Source: Amoebophrya sp. A120
Taxonomy: Eukaryota; Protista; Dinoflagellata
Direction of reading: 5' to 3'
DNA length: 64,000 nucleotides
Assembly: GCA_905178155.1 (NCBI GenBank)
Contig: CAJINV010000002.1
Location: 2,440,162 to 2,504,161 of the forward strand
Part shown: positions 12,372 to 30,993 of the stretch, piece by piece
How the letters are laid out: each line of letters opens with the position of its first letter
How positions within the stretch are numbered: position 1 is the first letter of the stretch
Notes under the pieces: generated by a model
What the model was told of the DNA's origin: nothing
What the model saw: the letters and a program-made list of their open reading frames with translations, nothing else
Databases searched by the model: none
Translations under genes and position numbers: made by a program

Positions 12372-14850
12372 CACACGCGCTCGCAGCTGCATCAAATGCA
12401 TTAATTCATAATAAATGCGCACTGCTGACACACAGGGCACGCCAGCCTTCCGCCAGCAGACAAAGCTACAAATACGCCGATCGGCTGCGAGGCTGCGCCC
12501 TGCTGCCTCATGTCGCGTCGGCCGCGGCACCAAACGGTCCGCCGCGATGCACCTTGGCAACGGCCACAGCAGCACTGAGTGCGCGACGCCGGCCAGCGCC
12601 TGGAATGGGCTTAGACATCAAGCTGAACGGCGCCCCCGATCGCGCACAGCGGGTAGATGCATCAGCCGCCGCGGGCTACCGGGGGCCCTGGGCCCGGAGT
12701 GCGAGGGAGCTCAAGCCGGGCTGCGGGGCACGAGCGCGCGGTCGGAGGGGGGCGGCGGCGGCCGGAGAACGAACGGCACCACCGCAATCCCGCCCTACCC
12801 GTTTGCGCTGGCGCTTCCCCCCATCGACGGCCGCGCCGGCGTCTTGCAGCGCCTGCAGGGCCCGCGGGCCGTCGGCGCGGCGGGCTATCCAATTCCGCCG
12901 GGGCTGCCTCTTTGTGGCGCTTCTCCCTGCCATCTGTCCGCCTCTTTGCGGCACTTCTCCGCGGAGGGCGCAACCGGCGGAGACGCCATGAACCCGCACC
13001 CGTCCGCCCGCGGTTGCGGCAAACGCCGTCGCCGCCTCGCTCCGGAGCCGAAACCCCGACGCGGGTGGCAGCGAAATGCCACAGGGCCCAGGGCGGCGGC
13101 GGCCGAGAGTGCTGCGTCCCCCCCCCCTTGCTTTCCACCGACCCCGGGCCCCCGCCGGCAGAGGCGACGGCCATCGGTGGCCATAAGGGGTGGCTCGGAG
13201 CTATGCTTTAGAAATTCACCCGGGGAAAGCGAAATTCATAGCGCAAATGCATCAGCACAGACCATGACCCTCACCGTCCACGGACCACTCCATCTTGCAG
13301 TCACTCTCCCACGCGGCGTCTCACACTTCAACACGTTTCAACTAATTTTCTCCACAGTACGTCCTTCTCCCTCGTCTCAGACTCAGTCTTCTGCGCACAA
13401 CAATCGTTCTTGTCCAAATTATCCTCTGACCCTCTGGCACTAGCCCGCAACTACTTTCGTGCAAACGACAAACCATAAGGTGACCACCGCGCACTTTGGC
13501 AAAGAACAATGCTGCTTTTGCCGACGTAGGCAGAACAAGCTCGAGCGCCAATTAATCGGCAGCCAATAGGTCTTACTTATATTCTCACGACCACCCGTTG
13601 GAGGCGCACTGCCACGCTTGCAGCAACGACGCCAATTCATACGCATTGGTGACACACATCCATGACACGCCAGCCTTCCAGCAGACAAAGCTACAAATAC
13701 GCCAATCAGCTGCAAGGCTGCGTTCTGCTGCTTCACGTCGCGTCGGCCGCGAAACCAAGCGGTCTGCCGCGATGCATTCTAGCAACCGCCACAGCACGCA
13801 GCACTGAATGCCAGGCGCCGACCGCCCAACGCCTGGGAATAGCCACCAAGCTGCACGGCGCGCCCGGTCGCGCACAGCGGGCGGCGGCCAGCGATTGGGC
13901 CACGGTGGCGCCCAGCGGGCGCACGGTGGCCCGGAGTGGCCCTCGGCCCGGAGTGGGCCACGGTGGCGCCCTCGGCCCGGAGTGGGGGGGGGGGCTAGCG
14001 CCGGGCGGCTTGGCCGGCGCGGCGGGGGGGGGGCGCGGGCGGCAGGCCGAAGAAGGAACGGCAAAGCCGCCCGCCTGCCCTGCCTGCCCGCTTGCGCTGG
14101 CAGCATGCAAGGGCTGCGCGGCGCATCCGCGACGACTCAAGCACGGCGGGCCATTTTTGGACGCGCCGCGGCGCTTTGTTTTTCGCGCGGGCTGCTTCTT
14201 GCGCGTCGGTCGGAGCTCGGGCCCCGCTCCTCCCTCCCACTGTCCGCATGTAGCGCCCCCGCGCATGGGGGCGCTGGGCCACCCTCGTAGTGAAGCCCGG
14301 CGCGCGCAGCCGGGCCGCCCTCCCCGGCCCTCTGGCCGGTGGCGCGCCTCGCCCCCCCCCTCATCGGCCCCGGGCACCCACCGACCACAGCAAGAAGGGG
14401 CCGCATGGTGTGGAAAGCTTGCCCGCGCCCGGTGGTGGCCACCGATCCCGAAAAACCAAGGGGCGGCGCGCTCCGCAGCGCTCCTTTGCGCGTTCGCAGC
14501 GGACGCGACGACAACGCCGGCCCTGCGCCGTTGCTGGCAGCGCTCCCCAGGCGGCGCGCGCTTGCTTCTGGAGCGTGTTCGCCACAGGAATCCCGCGCCC
14601 AATGCCGGGACTATTCGGGGCTCCTCTGGTACGTTGATCCCCTACCAGCGCCGCTGGACTTCTCCGCGCCCGTCTGTCGGGAGCTAGGTCGGCGGCCATA
14701 TCGCTCGGCCACGGTTGACCGAATGGATGCCGCCCCGGCTACGCGCAGGCGCCGCGCTTCCGCCTGCCTTCGGCCGACGGACTGGCGCGCCTGTGCCTGC
14801 GCCTCGCGCGCGCAGCGCCTCGCGCGCGCAGCGCCTCGCCCTCAGGCAAG
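12372..14850. repeat. Two diverged, directly oriented copies of a GC-rich repeat
   Basis: About 12372-12700 aligns with about 13608-13940 (e.g. cagcagacaaagctacaaatacgcc in both); each is followed by very GC-rich DNA; short tandem gcgcctcgcgcgcgca near 14800-14840. Confidence 0.75.
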
Positions 14851-15357
14851 TTTCTGAACAGTTTCTACATCGCCCGCATATCCATCTGAAAACCGCGCAC
14901 AACAGTCGCCACTCTCTCGCAGTACGGATTTCCCTTTTCCCTTACCCTAGGCTTCTCGGCTCTCGCTCTCGCTCATACGGAAACCCGAAAACACGATCAC
15001 ATCAACGCACCTCGGGCACTCCACCTACTTACGCTATAGTAGCGCAGCGCCTTGTTTCGTTTCTACTAAAAACCGCCTTAATTTCATTTCCAGCCTTCGA
15101 CAAAACTTCTACAGTTTCGATTTAATCCTCCACCAAAATGGGTTGCAAGAGAATCAAAATGGGTATAATGTCCACCAACATTCCTAGGTTCAAAGTTCAT
15201 TGAGTTCAAAAGGTTCTTTCGTGTCAATAGGTAAAGGTTTCTTCGCATAAATTGTAAAAAGAAAAACCGGATCATTTCAAAAGTCGCACCTTTTTACTGT
15301 ACCAGGCAGCACGACGATACATCATACACACAATCAACACTCTCCCCCTACCACCGC

Positions 15358-17228
15358 CTAGTGCTGCCGTTTCGGCGGGAAGTTGACCACTTTCGGTGCG
15401 TCCTTCGGATTCCTGGTTAATATCATACAGGTTTTCAAATCGCTGACCCCGCCAGTGGATCCCGCCTTGCTCCCCTCCTCGTATTTGTTCGTTGTGTCCG
15501 TATTCCTGCTCGCCACGTAAGTCGCCTTCCCGGTTTGTCGCAGCGCGCAGTACCGATCCCACTTGTCAGTGGTAGACCCGACACCACGGATATCACAGGA
15601 AAATAAAAGTGTGACATTTACACATCTGTTGGAGTTTCTGCATCACAAAGTTGCTCGCCATGGCAAACAAAACCTGTGATGCGCAATCAACTATAAGGGA
15701 AAACACGAACGGCATGAGGTTGGCAAGCATTTCGTGCATGACAGAGGTTGTCTGTTTTGCTTGTCTCCCATCAGGAGAGTGTGTAACTGTAACACTTTTC
15801 TCTCACCATAACGGAGGAGGAGGATGTTGTTGGACAGTTGCGAGGACAAGTTCTGCATCTCCTATCCCACGAAAAAACTGTTTCACTGTAAGGGTTTTGC
15901 AAGTTCTGCATCACAAGTTTGTTACACATGAGACAGAAAATTTGCCATGCGACCTTCCCAAAGGAAAACACGCTAAAAAATCCATTGTCTTGCAGGTGTA
16001 AGTAGCATGACAAATCGTTCCGTGCTCCATTCTCTGCATCACAAGTTCACAGTGAAACAGTTTTTTCGTGGGATATCTCCACCGGTGCGATCAATGCGGC
16101 CGAACCGTTCAGCAATTTCGCCTTGTAGTTGAATTCTTGTGGTGGCAGCAGCTTCTTCTTCTGCGTGATCCTCGTGAGGATCTTCGTGGGGACGGTCTGG
16201 AAGGGGATCTGCTTCCGGGTCTCCGCGGTAATGGAACCGCCGTCGATCAGAATGAGGAGGCGACGCCGTTGGTCTGATGAGGAGTAGTTTTGTAGACTTT
16301 ATTACGAATGCAATTCAATTTTTGCAACTTCTGCATGACAGATTGTGGCGGTTTACGCATTCCTGCATCACAGATCCAAAAAAGAAAACTATACCTTTCA
16401 AAATGATATCTTGCACTTCCGAAAACGGTAGTCTCCCTTCAATATCCTTCGCGACTGGTGATATTAGCCTTTTGATCTCTTTCTCCGTATAGCAGTGCGA
16501 CACTGCCTTCGGTAAAATTTCGTCCACGACCACTTTCACGGTGTCCTTCGGTTTTGGCTCGAAGAGTTGGTATCTGATAGAAAATTTTTTTGCGATTTTT
16601 ACATCACAGAAAGATCCACTCTTACCAGGTTTCGCATGACAAACTGCGGATGTTATGTTGTTGAGGGATAGAAACATTAATCCAAAACTCTACAGTAGTG
16701 TCTCGTTCAGCGACACAATCAGCTTCTTGATTTCGTGGTCGCACACTTTGTGTCTGTTGGCGCACCCACCCCGCAGAAACCCATTATCGTCTACCGGTCC
16801 GAAATGGCCGAACACATCCAACCTCCCCGTAGACTCGGGCTGCTCCAGTGTTGGGGGGAAGAGAAATTTGAAGAACGCATCCACCGGCACGCCCCGTATC
16901 CTCAGGAAAAACGTCCCCACACCAGAGTCAAGATGGGAAGTTTGCAACACAAGTCTCCAAGTTTTGGGAGTTATGCATGACAAGTTTCGCCTCGTAGTGT
17001 AATCCTGTTTAGCTAGCTAAGAAGCATCACAGATGTAGCACATCATTCTGATTGGAGCATGACAAATTCCGAAACACGACTAGGAAATGCCTCTCATGGG
17101 GCTCCGCATAAGAAATATTTTCAGCATGCAAATTTGCATGACAACTCTGGGGTGGGGACGTTTTTACTCAGGATACCCCGCTGCGACGCCTTGTCAGCGT
17201 GAATCTCGACTGTGCGGGTGGTGGCCAT
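15358..17228 (-). CDS. Hypothetical protein (about 300 aa, 6 exons) with an EF-hand-like segment
   Basis: Exons 17228-17176, 16891-16694, 16573-16395, 16273-16076, 15857-15811, 15585-15358 total 903 nt: MATTRTVEIH...YTEKEIKRLISPVAKDIEGRLPFSEVQ...KWDRYCALR...KRQH*. Two GT-AG introns and three introners. Confidence 0.8.
15591..15810. mobile_element. Introner family D (220 bp)
   Basis: TIR tat...aaaagtgt.aca.ttacaca; TSD acgga; restores LLLR|GVGSTT. Confidence 0.88.
15863..16075. mobile_element. Introner family D (213 bp)
   Basis: TIR tatcccacgaaaaaactgtttcactgt; TSD tctcc; restores APVE|MQNLSS. Confidence 0.93.
16897..17175. mobile_element. Introner family C (279 bp)
   Basis: TIR tatcct.ag.aaaaacgtccccac.ccagagt; TSD ccccg; restores SQRG|VPVDAF. 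Confidence 0.93.
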
Positions 17229-18486
17229 GGGGTCGTGTTTGGGTTTTTAATGTAAGCTATTTCAAGCACAACTTTTTTGTTTCCAAAAAAACGCAGTTTG
17301 TCAACTTGTTCTCGGGATCGACTTTTTAGAAGGGTCATGAAGAGGATCTGAAAGTGCTTGCAAGAAAGCAAGGTCAGAGATAGATCGTGGTCGGAAGTAT
17401 GCGTATTTAATGTGTCAACGTCCGCTGCTTAGTACAATCACCCCTCCCACAGGTTTGTGACGTGCGATTTTTGAGTCTAACGATAAAGCGACGAGCTTGC
17501 TTCGACAATGATGTAGCAAGACCCCCAAAACCGACTCACTTTGCTCCAGAAAACGACGATTTTTTACGACGTCGTATTGACAACTGGCGGAAGCGAGACC
17601 AATCACTAGAATACCGAGGCAGACCGCCTTTTTCGACACGACCTATGACTATTTAGGAACACATACTCATCGAGCCACACCGCATAGGGAGCGTAGATTC
17701 CACCAGGCCGTGGCGTTTCCAAAGTTTCAACATCGCTTCTACTACTCTTCTTTGTACAGTTTGTTATACTGGGGACAAATTTCATCCAAAATACAGTTTG
17801 AGGAAATCTTATCGAGATAATTGCCAGGTAAAAACCACTCACATCTCGTCGCTGTGGCGCGTTAGTCGCTTTGCCCCTGCGTTACAGGCTAGCACTTCGA
17901 TGATATTCAGCCAAGAATACCGCGCATTATACTGTATTCTTTTTGACTGCAATTGTATTCTTAAAGGGTAGTACTACTTACAACTGAAATCTAGTAGGGT
18001 AGGCCGAAACGCGAAACCCAGGCAGGAACGGGGATCTGGGAAAATTGCGGCGAGGGAAGATGATTAAAGCGTGGCGCAATTGTTGTCTCAAGAAAGGGAA
18101 TGCATGTGCTGGTCTGTCTTACTCGGGCGCGGCGTGGATGTCATGATGATGATCCTACATCCTACTCAGATCAAGGTTGGGGTAGGCGTTGTTACAGGTT
18201 CTTGATGCGATTTATCATCGGTTGCATACTGGTATTCTCGTGGTGGTTACAATTTGATAATTTTGTTTAATATTTCCCTTGTGGTATAATCACCCTCTTC
18301 ACACGTAGTTTTCTGATGATATTGAAGCTTCAATTTGTTGTATCAATTTGCTGCAAAACTGTTGTATATGCCAATGCATCGGTTGTGCATTTATTTGCTA
18401 TTTCGAAATTTGTTCGTATTATTCGTGTGGTCAAAATTGTTCTTTCCCTCATCGAAGATGCAGTAGTACTTCTTTCACTACCCCAC

Positions 18487-26318
<7,832 letters not shown>

Positions 26319-27388
26319 GATGCTGTTGAACGAATATAATGCTCTTGTTGCGTAACAAGGATTTGTAGTCCTTCACTTATACTTAACTTTGAGAATGCAA
26401 TTCATTCGTACTGTCATCAACTAGTGGTGACAATTTGTGGTCTGCATTCAAATTTTCATGCCTATTTGCAAGACCGCCTTTCTACTAAAGTGCGCCACTT
26501 TCGAGATGCGTCAAAGATGAACATGTAATCTATCTGCCTAAAGTAGTTCGTGCGCTTATTTCACATTTCTCACTGTCGGTCGCTGTTTCGCGGGTTTATT
26601 GGAATTTTTTTTTGCACATCTCAACGCCAACAACTCAAACTTTTGTTCTTCCACACAACTACTACCCAACAGACCACTAGCACAACTACACACCTCGCTG
26701 CCTACTTTTTGTCCCACGATAAGGTTCTCGTCGTGACAAAGAAATTGCAGTACCACCGACTTTTGCTCAGATGATTTTCTCGTCAACCAATTTACGGTGC
26801 GACTTTCTCTAGTGTGGAACAACATTTTCATCACAGCATTTCAGGATCATCGCGATTTCTCACTACCACATCGTGACAAGGAGGGCACAAGCCATCAAAA
26901 AGTCAATACCGACACTACGACCGATTTACATTATTGAGTGATTTTGCTTTCAATGGCATTGCATCATTTTTTGCACCAGCTGATATTTATTTCCACTCCT
27001 GACATTGCATATCGCCAATAAGCGATTATCGACGTAAAACAGTAAAACCCGATTGGCAAACGTAAAGGTATCAAACGTAAACTCGTTTTAAGCTTTGATT
27101 GTTGTAATGTTTGAGGATGCAGCCGAGACGACCGCGTAAACTTGGTGTTAGCAAGTCTAACAACACGGTGTTGGAAGATTTTGAAAAAAATGCAAAATGA
27201 AAAAATCAGTGTCTTCAACGTATTTCAACAAAGTCTGTAGCAAGTGCAAGTAGTTCATTTGGTATTAAATACAGTTGTAGCAGCATTCCATCAGTAGTAC
27301 AGATTGATTTTTGGTGTCTTAAAAAATCATCAAACTAGGCCTCTACTGGACCACCTCTTGCTCCACGACACCTCGGCCCTGTTATTTC

Positions 27389-30224
27389 TTACTCCTGCAC
27401 CCCCACATACACCGTGTAGCCCGCGAACAGCAGAAACAAAATTCCCCCGCTCAACGCCACCTGCCGCTCCGTGATCGATTTCGCCAAAATCTTCCCCCCA
27501 ATCACCGCAAACCCCGTGCAAATGCTGTGCCCTATGATCGCACCCAGCGTTACCCCGTACGGGTTTTGCGCCGCTGCGAGCGCGATGGTCGCGATCTGCG
27601 ATCGGTCCCCCCATTCTGCGACGAAGGTGAGGATGAAGGACTGGGTCAGGATCTGCGGAGTGGTATCCTGTGTGAAAACGTCCCCGCCCCATAGTCAAGT
27701 TGGGAATCCAGCAACACAAATCTGCAAGTTTTGGGAGCTGTGCATGAGAAGTTTCCCCCTGCAGTGTAGTGCTGGTTGGCAAGGGAAGCCGCATGAGAAA
27801 GCCATTCTCTCATCCTGTTTACAGCATTACAAATTCCAAAACGCGACTGGCAATGCCTCTCATGCAGGTGCGCATTACAAATGCTCGTGTCATTGCGCAT
27901 TTGCATGACAACTCTGGGGTGGGGACGTTTTTACAAATGATAAGTGGTTTTCTGGTCTTTTGCTCGACTCCTCGGGGATGTTGCACTGGTTCCACTATTT
28001 CTCGCTCCCAAGGTACCTCCGCTGGGAGAAGCGCCGGGCTTTGAGTTCGTCAGTATCAAAGTTATGAGAGTGCATGATTTTTCCCCCGTTCCCTCCTTTG
28101 AAGTTGTGGTACACGAGCAGCAATAGAGGCAGTGTAGGTGTACTGCCTTCCGCATGACAAATCACCGCACTTGGATTGTAGTACTGCTTGGGGTTCCAAA
28201 ACTTGTCATGCTAGCAGTGCTTTCTACCTACGGGGTACGTAGATGTGGTTTGGCACCTTGCATCACAAACGAGAGAGAGTGGAATCGTGCACTTTCATAA
28301 GATCCCGCGGACTCGCAACGTCTGTGTTAGTGTCGGAACCGGAGGTGGAGACCATTTTCTCCCGATCCTCATCAACGTTGGACTCGCCGGCAGTTGTGCT
28401 CATGGAATCGACCTTTTTTCGTTGGATGGTGATTGTGTAGTGCATGCCAGACAGTAAATGCGGCTGCTGCATAGCATCACAAGTAGTTTTTGTCAACAAG
28501 AACGGCTTCTTCAAATTACTGATGCAAAAACTCCAAAGTAAAAACTGCACACCCATCAATCAATATCAAACCTCGCAAACGAGCAAGCCATAAATCACTT
28601 ACCCCCACAGCTTGGCTTTCCAAATCTAACCCGAATTCCGGATCCGTTGGCTTCCCGAGCGTGTGGCTTCCCTCCATCGACAGCGGGTCCGTCATTTCGG
28701 TCGCCAACCCCTTCTCGGCCAGCTCGTGCTCGACCTCTTCGAGCTCCTCCGACACCTCCTTGCCCTCGCCAGAAAGGTACATCTGTCTCGCGTCCAACAG
28801 CATTTTCACGCCGAAGTAAAGGAGGAGAACCACCGAAGCCCAGTGGGTGAGGACTTTAGGAAGGAGGTGCGGGACGGCGTGGCCCAAAATGGCGGAGAGA
28901 ATCTTTTAAGTGTGACGATCATTTTTTTTGCATTCCAACTTCATTACCCATCATGTTTTGCATCACAGCATGACAAAAAGAAAAAACAACAGACACTCGT
29001 CCCTGTGAATAAAACAAAACCCTCAATAACCCATACCGTCATCAGCGCCAACGCCCCGATCGCCCCGGAAAACACCACTATTCTCGGATTGCTCATCGCC
29101 ATAACCGCTGCGATGAAAAAGGTCCTATCGCCGATTTCCGTGGCAAAAATCATCCCGAGCGCGTTCAGAAACGCCGAGGAAAATCCGCCGTCTGCCTGGT
29201 TTTTTTCCAAAGTTGCTAGTTCTTCCGCGGAAACTTGCCCCAAAGCGGCCGCTGCGTAGCCGTTTTTGATCTTTGCGTCTTCGTGTACCCGTTGCTCAGT
29301 GTCTTGCTCGAGGTTTGTTTATGCGTTGCAAATATGCCTGGATCTGGGAAGTTGTCATGCTAATACATGAATGGCAAGATGACTACAGTACAACGCAGCC
29401 AAGCATGACAAATTTTTCAACAGCACTGTGCTGCGTAATACGCATGAGAAGATGCGTTTTTGCATGACACAGCACCGTCACCATTCCGCAACGCGCATTA
29501 CAGAGTTTCGGTTTCGGGGCATGCGAGGTCAGCATTAGAAATCTGGCACACTTCCAGACTCAGACATATTTGTATTTGATATTGTTTTTGCTGATGCAAT
29601 ATTTACCTGCTCGTTCTCCTCCAGTATTCTCCGCCCGGAGGGGCCGATGTTGATATTTTCGTCCTCTAGATCGTGGAAGAAAACGGAGGGGGTGCTGCTC
29701 GGATCGTCTGTTTTCCTGCTAGGTTGAACGATGCTACCTACTTCCTCGGACTCGTCTCTCTGCTTTTTCCGAACTGTTTGTTTGTGCAGGCTGGTAGAAG
29801 ATGATCCTTGGCCTTGTTCTCTCGTGCTAGTCCTTGTGCGTTTCTCATTTTGGTTTTGGTTTTCTTCTTTCAGCTTCTGTTTTGCTAGGGCGCTGGCGTC
29901 TTCGCGAAGAAGCTTCCGGTTGAAGTGAAGCTGCAGGCTGTCGCGCAAGACTTCTTTCTCTGCTGATGTTTCCGCTGCTGTCAATACACTTCTTCCGTGC
30001 TCCGCTGCAATGCTGCCTTTTGCGTGTTGAGTTTCCCCCGAAGAAGACGATGTTGCTGCTGTTGTTCCTGCTTTTATCGACTTCGCGTTGTGCATCAGAC
30101 TGTGCTCCTTGTCCTCCGATCCTTTTACCGCAACACAAACGGCGGCGCGAAACACCGCACCGCACATCAGCCAGCTCTGGCGGCGAGCGGCCATGGTTCT
30201 GTTTTTTGTTTTGCTGAGAAACAA
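27389..30224 (-). CDS. GDT1: GDT1/TMEM165 (UPF0016) Ca2+/Mn2+ transporter, about 590 aa, 6 exons
   Basis: Both family motifs present: ATEIGDRTFFIAAVMAM and FVAEWGDRSQIATIALAA. Exons 30224-29582, 29314-29037, 28902-28603, about 28466-28300, 28057-27943, 27658-27389. The start may instead be the second Met. Confidence 0.9.
27664..27942. mobile_element. Introner family C (279 bp)
   Basis: TSD agtgg; restores QKTT|PQILTQSF. Confidence 0.92.
28063..28299. mobile_element. Introner family E (237 bp), degenerate TSD
   Basis: TIR tatga.agtgca.gatt; removing the element plus 5 nt gives SPRDL|ILTNSKP in frame. Confidence 0.7.
29320..29581. mobile_element. Introner family B (262 bp)
   Basis: TSD ttgtt; restores ASAKT|NLEQDT. 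Confidence 0.9.
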
Positions 30225-30573
30225 ATGCTTTCACCCTGCTCAGTGTCCGGACTCTTTCCCTACTTGTCGGACTTGTTCAGATGTAGTAGATTCACGGTTG
30301 CCTCAGGGTAGGCAGAGATAGCACGGCTACTCTGAAACAAGAGCTGTAGAACCAACCTCAGAAAATAAGTGGTCGAAGCACTACACATCTGTTTGTTCAC
30401 CTAAATTATCGCACCTCTAGCTCACGGCAAGAAGAAGTTTTCAGAAGACGGGGGGCACACGACACGCACTTACACATATGACGAGACGAACATCATCGAA
30501 GAGCCGAACGCACAATGTCTGCGCGCGCCCACGGGTGGACGAGCAGAGACTACACCGAGTAGACTATCGATAC

Positions 30574-30993
30574 TTACGCGCACTTTCGAAGTTCATCCAT
30601 CGACAAGAACTGCAACGCGAACGTCTTGTACCGATTATACTCTTGAAAACCTTCTTTTCCTCGTTCTAGAGACTCTAATCGGTTGATCGTTTCTCTGCTC
30701 GTCAAATCATCGTATTTGTAATGCACTTGGCTTGGCGAGCTAGGCGAGTCAGCACTTACAAATGAGGAAAGTCCGCCAAAAAGACCTCTGCTTGTTGGCT
30801 CTGGCGGTTGGGTAATTTTTACTTTTAGGTCGTCGATCTTTCGCTGTAGTTCCGGAATTGCAGTTTCTTCGTAGTATTTAATTCGGATTTCTAAGACCTT
30901 CGCCTTATCCTGAAGGGCAAGAATATCTGTACCTAGATCCGTAGATTGAACATCTTCAATCGCAAGGCGGGTACGCTTTGGTGAGCGTTCCAT
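30574..30993 (-). CDS. Intronless hypothetical coiled-coil ORF (139 aa), possibly mobile-element associated
   Basis: ATG start, protein-like composition (LQDKAKVLEIRIKYYEETAIPELQRKIDDLK); its 3' end runs into a dispersed repeat. Confidence 0.45.
   Translation of the reverse strand: MERSPKRTRLAIEDVQSTDLGTDILALQDKAKVLEIRIKYYEETAIPELQRKIDDLKVKITQPPEPTSRGLFGGLSSFVSADSPSSPSQVHYKYDDLTSRETINRLESLERGKEGFQEYNRYKTFALQFLSMDELRKCA

Noticed and set aside
12344-14902. ORFs of 215-342 aa in the GC-rich repeats
   Set aside because: The two homologous copies differ by frame-breaking indels; composition artefact.
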